This document shows positions 12,601-23,099 of a stretch of 64,000 bases of DNA, one piece after another. Source of the stretch: Convolutriloba macropyga (taxonomy: Eukaryota); assembly GCF_964194025.1 (NCBI RefSeq), contig NC_134476.1, forward strand, positions 56,110,001 to 56,174,000, given 5' to 3'. The notes under the pieces are model-generated. The model was not told the DNA's origin. It made no database searches and saw nothing but the letters and a program-made list of their open reading frames with translations. Position numbers and translations under genes: made by a program. The first letter of the stretch is position 1. Each line of letters begins with the position of its first letter.

Positions 12601-15600
12601 CGGGTGATCATTTTTGCGGCTTCTTCAAAGTAGTTTTTAAGTTCTAACTCTAAATATTTCAGTTAAAGGTGTTCGTCTCAATTATCTAATTATCAATAGT
12701 ACTTCTGGAATCATTTTAGACCACTAGAACCCTATTATATTTTAGACCACTTTTTAGACCAATTGAATCATTTCAGACCAATTGAACCAATGAGACTCGT
12801 ATTATATTTTAGATGCAGTTTTGAGCTATTTTGCCATTTTGTCCTGTTGGACGCTTTCTCAAAAGTTTTTGTAACCTTGTGTTGTTGTGTAAGTGGTTTG
12901 GCGATGTGTCGACATGATTCATATGATTTTTCAGGCATCTTTGTTAAAGAAAGTGGAGTATTTTTTTAATCAAATATTGACCCATTTTTATTTGTTTTAA
13001 ACTTTTTTGTCTTTATCTTTCGATTTTGCAGTGGTACATTTTGCAATAGTTTCTCATTAATTTTTTTTAATTATTGTTGCAACGTGATTAATGTAATCAA
13101 GTAGGAGGCAAATTTTTATTAGCGAGTAGACAATGCTTACCAAAGCGAGTATCTACTTCAAGTTCGTTTCTTCATGTCTACGTCATCCGCCTAAGTTTTT
13201 TAATTCAATTTCTTTTCAGTGAATTTTAAAGCAGGAAGTGAATCGCAAGATAAAACAGTGATTTGATTGTTCAACAAAATGTGAGCATGGATTAAAAATA
13301 TGGTACTTATGTTTATTCTAAAGTTTCGCAGAGGATGGCAAATTGAGGTTTGAAAAAGGTTTCTCTAAACGAACTGAGTTTCTTATTCACTTGCGGCTTT
13401 TACCAAAGTTTATCTATCTTAACTGTTTTCGTCGAGAATTTTTAATTGGCTATTTTGAAATCTGTAGTTTTGGTTTGATTTTTTTGAAGTGAAAATTTTT
13501 TTTGAGAGTATATTTTTTCATATGACTATCTTTGCTGATTTGAATTTTCTATTTGTTTTGCGAGTTTTTCTCAAGTTTTTTTTTGTTTTAGCCTATTGTT
13601 TTTTTTATTACCTTCATTGGGATTCGAAATACGGCTCTTGCTCAATGCAGATCTGAGATACCAATTGAATGCAATTTCTGGGTTTGAAATTTGTTTCCAA
13701 GAAACCTGACAAAAACTTGAAGTAATTAGCAACCATGTTAACCAATTTCCTGCATTTTTGTTTAATTCTCAGTTTTGTCATAAGATGAGTCGTATGTGAG
13801 CCTGTGTGAGCTTGTCTATTGTAGTTTGGGCATTGCAATGTTTTGGTTGCGCAGATAAAATTTTTATTTGCACTTGTACTATATCAAGAATTTGATTTTT
13901 GTTTTTATAATGCTTTTGAGTTTTATGGTTATCTTTCTTTTAATTGAATTAATTTCGTGGGAGGTTTTTGTTATGTGTGTAGTATTTCGTTAAAAGGATA
14001 ATTATCTTTGCAGAAATGACTATGCAAGTTGTTTCCGGAACGTTTTGGGGGTCACTTTTTTAAAAAAAAAAATCTGTTTACTCATTTTCGCGATATTTGT
14101 TGTCAAATTAGATTAGTGAATTGGTCAAGCAGAAATAGGAAAAGGAAAAAGCCTAGTAGATTTGCGGCGTAAATTTTTCCTGGACATTAGAGTGAGACAA
14201 CGGCGTGCGAACAAAAATTTGCTTGCAAAATCTTATTTTTTTGTTCACCTGCGGCAATTTCAGTTATTTTCAAGAGCTTTTGATCCTGCTTTTTTTCTAA
14301 ATGCTTCTCCAAAGCAATTGCTAACCTTTTGTGATCTATTTTTCCGTTAAGTCAATGAAAAATCTTTGAATTGTTCTTCAGAACTTGTCTTGCTGTGTTA
14401 TGTATTTTGTTTTAATTTATATTCACGTTTTTTGTTTTATATGAGCTACGAATATCAACTTTGATATGTGAGTTACATCACAACTGTTTCTACAGAATGG
14501 ATATTAAATTTTTTCACTAATTATTTTACGCAACATAGTGAATATGACAAAAAGTAAATATCAAAACAAAAAGAGCGGTTTCTTTATGCCATCAGTTTTA
14601 ACCTTAATAGCGTTCAGTTTAGAAGCTAAATTTAGTTTAGTTGTGTAACCTAACCTAAAGCAGCACAAAATTGTAACACATCCTGCATTTAGAAATCAAA
14701 ACTGTCATTTTATTTTTTTTTCTGTTTCAATGCAGTTGTTCCAAACTGAATCAACGGCGGCTCTTTGTCGCAATCTGCCGGCTATGTTTGTATATATGTT
14801 TTTTTTCTCGTAATTTTCATATATTTCTTTTCAGTTTATCTTTATTGGTTTCAAACTAATTAAATGAAGATATCTGTAAACTTTAGCAGCTTCAATTTAA
14901 GATCTGTAGGTCACAAGTACTTTAACACCAAACTGTTATAAAATGCAGATCTTTTAAATTTACTTTTTCTATCTGTTGTTAGGAAATCCGACAAACACTC
15001 ATTCTAGAATGGCTGGTACTCACTATGCGTTTTTTATCTGGCTTTAATCAATGCCTTCAATCTCACTGTTTGTCCTCACTGCTTATCTTGCGGCCAAGTA
15101 AAAATACTGAAGTCTTTAATGCAGCATTTTATGCTTGCCATCACAGCAATCGGTGTTTAAAATATATTGAAGCTTTCAATAATTATCATTTTGATTATTT
15201 TGTTGTTCCGTTTATATTAACGCTACAACACTTACAATTCAATAAAAAAACACTCAGTAGTTTTCACTCATTAACAAGGTTACTGTTTTTTGTCTTTGTT
15301 AAATAAAGTTTTCATTTTCAACGCGTAGCTCTTCTTTTCAGAATTTGAGTTAATGACCATGCGATAGATCTGAAAAACGAAGATTATTTATTGCACCAAA
15401 TGTAAATATCGTTTCAGTGGCTATAGTTTGCAATCATACAAAGCACAGAGAGCCTTTGGCTGAAAAGAATGAACCTATTGCATCCCAACTTCTTGTCTCT
15501 CATCCTAATCAAGGGTTTTCTGTTTTCAGTCAGACAAAAACTTCTTTAAACGAAATTTAATGTTGGCCAGTTAAGATGTCTTTGAACTTTTTCTAACTTT

Positions 15601-18600
15601 TACGGGGATTTAGAAGGTAAAAAGCAACGTTTGATTATTCTTCTGTTTTAAAATGAGCTTTAAGTTAGCGGCTCAAAGTGTGAATGAAAGAGAGATTTAG
15701 ATCACGCAATAAAAAAAAGATATCAAGCGTGAAATATTCGTTCGAAAAATCAAATCATGCAAGAGACAAAATGTTCCAAAAGCAAAACTTTCAGGTAAAA
15801 TTTTTTTCCTAAAAGACACACACACTAGCTGCATCGTTCGAGAGCATTTAAAAACAATAAAATTACCGCAGTTTATATGGAAAGGAAGATTCCAAGATTA
15901 AGAATTTTTCCCAGGTTTTGTTTTCTTTATGAAACAGTCTTTAATTGTCAAAAGTGAAACTTCGAGTAAAAGCATACTTTGGGGAAACTTGGGTTGCATG
16001 GGGTAAACAAATACAATCCATAATTAGACACAAAGAATTTTGGATGACAATTTGCTTTGGGTAAAGCAAATTCTCGAGTTTTGAAGCTTTTTTTGAATTT
16101 CGTAAAGAATGATTTCAATTCAAGAATAAAACTTGGAATTTGACACATCAAAAGTCCACTAAATGCATTTTTTATAATTTATGTTTATGCTCTGATCAAT
16201 TCTTGCCTTCTTGTTGTTCAAAAAATTTTAACTACTTGCTTACTTCAAACCATCTAAAGTTCATGTCATTTTATAGGCAAGTTTATCTCATACACTCTGT
16301 TAATGTGAGTCAGTAAACTTGGCTGCAATTTGTAGAGACTCCGACGAGTTTCAAAGTTTCAATTTGGCTTAGGCCATACGACTTGGGTACTGAACAATTT
16401 TTACTTCTCGTAACGCAAAAGAATTTGCTTCTGGTGCAATTGATTTTTATTTTTCTGGGTTCCAAAATTTTTAATTGTTTTGTAGAGTCTTCCTTGTCTG
16501 TGAGTAGATTTGGTTTTTAATATAAAATCAATTTTCGGTGCTCTTTATTTATGGATACGCTTGCTTATTTTGAAAAACGGAATTGGATTTCAGCTCTAAA
16601 TTTCAGCTTTGCACTGAGAATCTTCATATACAATGATGCCTAGAAAACGTTTCGAAGCAAATCTAGGCCATGAAAATGAAAGGCCACTGATTTAAATATA
16701 TTGTTTTCATTTCTCGTTTTGATTTGATATGTCGTTTTGATAAGTTGTTTTGATTTGATATGTCCGTTTCTTAAATTTTCAATAAAAATGCAATATTAAG
16801 AGTTTTGACTCAACAAAAGATGGAAAAAACTTATGCCCAAAATATTGTCTTTAATCGAACGTTAGGCAGGAGAATTAACTAAAACTGCTTAAGTACCGCA
16901 AATTTTTTAAGTTCGCAAAAAAGTTCTTAAAAACTGGAAATTAGATTTTGCGTTTTTGCAAATGACTGTTAAAAGTTGACTGCTAATTTAAGCTTGCCAA
17001 AAATTTTATAGAGATTAGAACATGAAAATACTACAACCGTTGTTTGAGAGAAATTAATACGTACTTCAATGTTAAATATAAAAACGCACATGTTATTTTA
17101 ATTGGCAAAATGTCTGTTTTTGAAGAGAATTTTGGGTAGCAACAATGTTTCCTGTTGATTTGGTTTTTCATGAGCTTTTAATGGAATAATTTTTATTTCT
17201 TCGAACTTGTAAAAAGATGAAAAGATGCCAGACCTTTCGACGGAGGAATTTCAGATGGACCCTCGCCACATTTTTGTACGGAGCCGCATGTTAAATCCAA
17301 TGTAAAATCTGCCAATTTTGAACGCAAGGCTTGCGTAAGTTTTTGGTGGTGTGATCAGGTTGAGCAGATTTCACGTGAGACTGAACTTACTGCTGCTAAC
17401 GCAAAACTTGTCAACGTCTAGCTTAATGATGTCTGTAAGCTTGCCAGTTTTCGAACCGAGAACTGGTAAAATTCTGACGATTTTGTGGGTTGATACAAAT
17501 ATCAAAAATAGGCCAACGTATGTTGATCAACATTGTCACCAAAACAGACAGTTTATGTACAGTTACAATTTTTTGATTACTTTGTGAATGAGTGTAATAT
17601 GATTTTAAAGGCTGATGTAACTCTTGTGAATGAGTGTAAATTGATTTAAAAGGCTGATGTAACTGATGTAACTCTAACACGGCTGAAACACATATAACTG
17701 CTTAGAAGTTAAAGGGAGAATTGAGAATATACATGGCTTTTCTTAATAAGTTTCTTTTCAAAATGTGATTTTTTGAACTTTACAATTTTTGGGACCTTCT
17801 CTCTACAACACTGTAGATTGTAAGGTTATTCTCGAAAGCGGTTTAGTTTGATTAGTGGTTTTATGGAGTTTTGAAGTATGTTTTAGTCAACATAAATTTT
17901 GCCGTTTCGTGTGATTTTTATATCAATCGAATCATTATCAGAGGTTTAGTAGATCTATTTTTGGATAAACTAGCAAGCTTACTTACAGAAAAATACAGAT
18001 AGAAGTTGACCGCTTTTCTATAAGCAGCTGTATTTCAAGTCCCACGTGAAATGTATTAACTTGCTCATGCCTCCCTAATTGTTAGCAAATTTTTGCATTG
18101 CGAATTCAACAAACTTATTAGAAAGTTGAATAGAAAATGTCGCTGCATATGGAAAACTGGCTAACTTTTATCTGGATTTTTTCTGTAAATATGCTTGTTA
18201 GTTTGTCCAAAAATAGATCTATTAAAAGATAATGAGTCGATTGATATAAAAATTAAAAGAAACGGCGGAATTTATGTTGACTAAAATTGACTCCGGAAAC
18301 AAGCAATTTACCATGAAAACTGCGTAATTTGTCAATGAGTGTATTTAAAAAATTAAAAGTGAACTTCTGATCTTTCTTTGAATTGCGCAAAGGTTTATCT
18401 GATTATAGCAGCAATATTTTTTAACAAATAGTTTCATGGCTTTGATACTACAAGTTTTCAAACTCATTTCATCATATATCGGTATTTGCCTACATTTGTT
18501 TTTGTTTGATCTCAATTCATTTGGCATTGAACAAATTGAGTATGTGTAATTTTTTTGGTAAATAGATCACGGTTTAAATAGTTGCGACATGATTCTAGCA

Positions 18601-20611
18601 ATTTTTTATTGTGTTTTCTATATTTGTCTGTTTTAATGTTCGTCTTGTAGTCTTATGACATATGAATAATGGTTTTGAAGTTTTAAATTTTTTTGTTCAA
18701 AAATGTCATTGTATTTTTGAATTTTTTGTTCTTTTACAGGCTTGTTACCTAGTTTCATTAAGGACAGGTACCATCTGCATTATAGGGGACCAAAAATCGA
18801 TTTGTTTAATTGAAGTTTTATTTGATACTATTTTGAATTTGTTACTAAGTAAATTTCTAAACTTTAAAAAATATGTATTTCAAGTTTTGCCCATAACTCT
18901 TGTTCTTTGTCTATTCTCGGAGTCTCATTAATTTCAGCTCTCATTCGTCTTTTAATGCGACATTAATTACTTTAGTTTAGTGGTTTGGGTTTATAACATC
19001 TTTTTAATTATACACCAATTGTTTTCGAACAGTATGTTAATTTTTGAAAGTTTCGTACCGTTTCCTCTTTTGTTAAACAGTTAAGTAAGATATGGAAGAG
19101 GGGCGTTGAAACATTGTGTGCAAAAGCACATTACCAAGCCTTCTTGTTCATTTTAACCTGGTCGAACTGTTGGCAATATTTCAGAAACGTGCTCTGAAGT
19201 ATAATTGCCTTTTAAATTCCTTAATTGCTACCTAATTATGCAAGAATGATCCCTGGAACACAGAAATGAGAGCAGAGCTAATAATTTCAGTAAATTATCT
19301 GATAGTTTCTAAAACAAAGAAATGTAACAGATTATATAAAAAGAAAGATTAAACAACTTACTTCGGTGAAAATGCGAGCTCATTACATTAAAACTTCTGT
19401 CTTCTGTTTTAAAGTTTTCATAATTTCTTCAATCCGTTTTGCTTAAAGTCAAATTATTTCATTCCTCCTTCATTCCTCCCATTTATGTATCATTTCCTGT
19501 TTTACATTGCATTCACGAGTTTCATCATTGTTTTTGTATTTGTTAGATTTCTTTAAACAATTAATTCACACCTTTGATCGTATTTATTCTTGTGATCAAT
19601 CTACGCGTTTGATCAGTCAATAGCTCCGTGACTATGAAGAACAGCTACACAATTGATTGTTGAAACCGATTTAATTAATTCCTCAGATAACAATATGCCA
19701 CAGGCCTAAAAGTGTCTTCAATTGCGCCTTATCGTTGAAATGGACTGAAAACAAGGCCGTGAAAATGTCATCTACGCAATAGAACGAGTGTGAATGAAAA
19801 ATTGTGCTGTAAAGTTGAAGATAGTGCATCAATTTTCATATATCAAACTGCATATAGGAATTTATAAATTTTCTGAAAAAGTGGATTTTGGTATTAGAGT
19901 TCAACAATAAGACACAATTTTCTAGCATTGTTACAAAGGATCATCGCCTCCGGTATGGCTTGCGTAACTGATGATTTGAAGAACAGTTTTTGACTATTCA
20001 CTATCGTACATAAATGACATTGAAATTGATTGACATTTTCCCTTGAATAAAATCCTATTCAGTAACCTCACCTAATATTTACACGCGTGATAATTCAAAA
20101 GTGATTAGATAGTTCACAGTTGAGATTTGTTTGCTTTTTGTTATGAAAAATTATACCCTACAGTGGAGAGGCAGGAAAGCCATTGTTCTTAGGTAATAGG
20201 CGATTAGTTAAGAACAGGGAAATAGTTAGATAATGATACTGCTTCGGGTTAGCCGAACAGAGAAAATGGTTGCGTGTTCTTTTTCCATAGGAAGATGGGT
20301 TGAATGGGCTCTCTTTGCTACATTTGATTTTTGGTCCGGAAATTTGGCTCATTTCCTAAATGTTGGGAAAAGACCTCCTCGAAGAGAGTTATACTTCCTG
20401 AAAGTGAGCTGTCTTCTATCGTTCTATCACGTGATGCTGAAGTGATGTTTTAATAGAGCAATCGACTATTTATGAAAACATGTTAGATTCTGGGTATCTA
20501 CAATACTGGATTAGTGATTGTTTGTTATGATTATGAGTGTTGTTTAGGATCAGTAGAAGCTACTCCCCCGTTGGAAGTAATGCGGGTGTCACTTCTGTTA
20601 CACATACTATC

Positions 20612-20643
<32 letters not shown>

Positions 20644-21261
20644 AACATACCCAAACAGACTTCACATCAACAGCAACAACAGATGGACACCGCTGATCAG
20701 TCCCCAGTGAGTGATTGCCCAGACACCCCCGACCTCTTTTCTTACCCAGTACAACAATGGCTCGTGTCTCTCAACTTGCAACAGTACACACCCCTCTTCA
20801 CACAAGCCGACTTTCTCACTATCGGAGACTTGTTTGATTCGACGGCGCTGAGACCGTACTTGACGACGTTACTGATGGTCGTCAATAGCCAAGACCAACA
20901 GCACCAAGGCAATCCCTCTAGTCAACAATCTCCAGAGCTAACTGCAGCCGCTTCGAACGCCCTCGAGTGCTTAAGCCAAGCGTTTAATCACATCGGCGTG
21001 TCTTCAGGCAAACATCGCAGACACCTCTTGACCAGTTTGCAGTCGATAGTTGATGCAATAAGTGCAGAAAACACTGCCAAAGCCCAGCCTGCAATCTCTC
21101 CCAGCAACGACTACAGTAACATGTACCCACAACAACCCCAAAACAACCAACAAAATTTTGACCAGTCACAAAAAGCAGAAAGTTACCCACACTCAAACAA
21201 TACACAGCAAGTGAAGCAAATGAATTTGACAAAAGAAAGCGCTGTTCATGTTATTATGTAA
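271..21261 (+). CDS. Eph: Eph-family receptor (intracellular half: juxtamembrane, pseudokinase, SAM, PDZ-type tail); multi-exon, 5' part lies outside the window
   Basis: Colinear exons give Eph-like motifs: [15 protein letters not shown] (cf. YIDPFTYEDP..EFAKEI), [79 protein letters not shown], then a SAM domain. Splice phases match at most junctions. Confidence 0.9.
2818..2946 (+). CDS. Eph: Eph exon B (probable): low-complexity insert before the kinase N-lobe
   Basis: atttcag acceptor ending at 2817; open in phase 1 ([43 protein letters not shown]); donor A|gttagt at 2947; higher GC than its flanks. No homology motif. Confidence 0.55.
3617..3886 (+). CDS. Eph: Eph exon C: kinase N-lobe (beta3, alphaC, hinge); 5' boundary uncertain
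   Basis: [65 protein letters not shown] aligns to Eph VAIKTLK..FLSEASIMGQFDHPNV..GSLDSFLR; donor AG|gtgaga at 3887, phase 2. Confidence 0.8.
4180..4357 (+). CDS. Eph: Eph exon D: kinase insert, alphaE, start of catalytic loop
   Basis: ttttag acceptor ending at 4179, phase 2 matches exon C; ...[28 protein letters not shown]; donor AAG|gtcggc at 4358. Confidence 0.88.
6699..6812 (+). CDS. Eph: Eph exon E: catalytic loop and activation segment (absent from the ORF track)
   Basis: tgtttcag acceptor ending at 6698; 114 nt, phase 0-0; [38 protein letters not shown] aligns to [24 protein letters not shown]..Y; donor AAG|gtacta. Confidence 0.88.
7631..7804 (+). CDS. Eph: Eph exon F: APE motif and alphaF
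   Basis: tttgcag acceptor ending at 7630; [42 protein letters not shown]; donor CTG|gtaaag; 174 nt, phase 0-0. Confidence 0.9.
8160..10000. repeat. Intronic repeat-derived segment with internal dispersed direct repeats
   Basis: CTCC(A/G)CTA..GTGAAAAATGACGTC at ~8167, ~9103 and ~9965; AAAAAGCAGATTTGAA at ~8217 and ~9166; TTGCCGCATGTGAACAAAA at ~9340 and ~9495. Confidence 0.6.
12024..12352 (+). CDS. Eph: Eph exon G: end of kinase C-lobe and linker
   Basis: ttttag|cag NAGNAG acceptor; [38 protein letters not shown]; donor AA|gtaaga at 12353, phase 2. Confidence 0.88.
14140..14330 (-). repeat. Inverted, diverged copy of the 9425-9615 repeat
   Basis: Reverse complement reads ...CATTTAGAAAAAAAG..ATTGCCGCAGGTGAACAAAA..AAGCAAATTTTTGTTC..GCCGCAAATCTACT, colinear with 9425-9615. 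Confidence 0.7.
17583..17675. repeat. ~42-bp tandem duplication
   Basis: TGTGAATGAGTGTAA..TGATTT.AAAGGCTGATGTAACT occurs twice in tandem. Confidence 0.75.
17881..18286. mobile_element. Foldback/MITE-like element with ~145-bp imperfect inverted arms
   Basis: 17881-18028 (TTTTAGTCAACATAAATT...AAGCAGC) is reverse-complementary to 18142-18286 (GCTGCAT...AATTTATGTTGACTAAAA). No clear TSD. Confidence 0.7.
20548..21261 (+). CDS. Eph: Eph terminal exon region: polyQ, SAM domain, hydrophobic C-terminus; 5' boundary and frame uncertain
   Basis: ORF 20683-21261 has [26 protein letters not shown] and [23 protein letters not shown] (SAM signature), ending VHVIM*; tgtttag acceptor ends at 20547. Confidence 0.8.
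20611..20643 (+). repeat. (CAA)11 microsatellite
   Basis: 11 consecutive CAA units just upstream of the SAM-coding ORF. Confidence 0.95.
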
Positions 21262-22038
21262 CTTTGTCAGTTCGATGATGCAAGGCAAAACTTATATTTT
21301 GTGAAGTTGGCATCTGTTCAGAAACTTACTTTTTTGCTATAATTTAAAACTCTAGTTCTTTAACTGAAGGTTTAGTCTGCGATGCGGAAACGAGCGCTCA
21401 TTGGTCGCTCAAACACAAGTGCTTATTTTTGTTTCAATTCACATTTATCTTATTCAAACCTACTTTATTTTATTAATTTATTTCTCGAGCATTTGTAAAC
21501 TCTTAATTTCTTTAAATGAAAGCTGCTTTATCTTAAATTTAAGTTGCATTTAAGCTTTTGTACAACTCGAGACGTTTTTGAAATCAAAGCTCCAATAACG
21601 ATCACAGAGCACCCTTCCTGGGAACCATATCGAACACATATATGAAAGTATGGTGGCAAAGATGCTATTTCAAGGCCATAACGATATCTTGCATGTCACA
21701 GCTTTCACTCAAGAAGGAAAGAATAAGAAATCAGAGTCAGTCCTATCGGAGTTGAATGGTACATTCTGAAATCAGATCCATGGAGTGTTTATTGTTCCTC
21801 GGATAACTTTGGAAAACAGACACAAAGACCTGAAAGTTGAATGATAAAAAACCCTCAGCAAAATAGAATAAACTTAAAGCAGTTTGTTACAAGAAATCTT
21901 GTTCTGGAAAAGTGCGCTCTTTTTCGGATTGGGCTTGAAATCTTGCGTTTGGAATTCAGACATTTTAACTGTTCTAATACTATACTCATTTATCACCATG
22001 AATGAAAACCCGTATCTAACTCAAAAGCAAATTCAGTA

Positions 22039-22272
22039 CTGAATCAGAGTGAAATTCAGAATTTATCAGTACTGATTCAGACTCTGATTCAGGTCAGATT
22101 TCGCTCTGGATTCCTCTGATTCAGAGTCTGATACAGACTCTGAATCAGACTCTGATTCAGACTCTGATTTTTGTCTGAATCAGACTCTGATTCAGACTCT
22201 GATTTTTCTCTGATTCAGACTCTGATTCAGACTCTGATTTTTCTCTGATTCAGACTCTGATCTTCTCTGAAT
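22039..22272. repeat. Minisatellite of near-palindromic 12-bp units (TCTGATTCAGAC / TCTGAATCAGAC)
   Basis: Repeated TCTGA(T/A)TCAGA cores, with ~31-bp higher-order repeats at about 22150-22260. Confidence 0.85.
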
Positions 22273-23099
22273 TAGGAAAAATTCATAACTAAGTTCATGA
22301 GCCAAGCCAGGTTTTACCATTGCTTTCGCTCTCAGGTCCTTAAAATATACAAATTCATACAATACCTGTAGAAATTGAAGAAATTTATAAAATAGGTTGT
22401 CGGAAATCTCAAGTCAAGTTAAAGACTGACTTTTTGAGATTTTCCAGTATGTTCTGTGTGGTTTAAACCCTCCTCCTTTTTCATTCCGGGCTGGGGACCG
22501 GCAGTGGCGGAGTTAAGGGCTCATTGGTTGTCAGGTAAGAGCCCGACTCTTCTCTTATAGACTAAGAATATTCATTATGAAAGAGTACATCCCTATCTAG
22601 ATTTTTATGACGAAAATGAATGTTTAATGGTTCAAATCCATTCAAAAAACAGCTCTTGCCTTTCTGTACAAATTCCTTAATTTCAGATTGGTATAATAAA
22701 AGCGTTCGTTAATATACGAGAACTAACAGAAATGAGTTGGCACCAATATCTGGTCGAGATCACGGCAACTTCATCTTGTAACTTTAAGGCAAAAGCAAGA
22801 AACGTCATCAAAGCAGAAAATAGCAAAGCGAGCAAACTTTGTTGGCAGGTCTTATTTTAAGACTGGCCACCAATCAAAATCACTAAAAACAAAAAAAATA
22901 TTAGTCTTAGTGCCAAACTTTGAGCCATGTGTGAAGTTATATTTAATAGGAAATCGGCTCAACAATATTTGAGATTCAATAATTTTGATACATTTAAACA
23001 GAAAATCTGAGGAACAGTTTTGAATTATATAATGAATTAAGTTTGCCATTTAAATTACATATACTCTGTATCAACTTCTGGCCTGGAAAATGTTGGGAA

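Noticed and set aside
21867-21872. AATAAA as the Eph polyadenylation signal
   Set aside because: Plausible position but too common in AT-rich DNA to call without 3'-end data.
22039-22272. CRISPR-like appearance of short palindromic repeats (also 62421-62526)
   Set aside because: No unique spacers, no cas genes, eukaryotic context; these are tandem minisatellites.
22450-22516. GC-rich TTCCGGGCTGGGGACCGGCAGTGGCGGAG segment as an RNA gene or retroelement 3' end
   Set aside because: No tRNA cloverleaf or A/B boxes, single copy in the window; cannot be supported without a database search.
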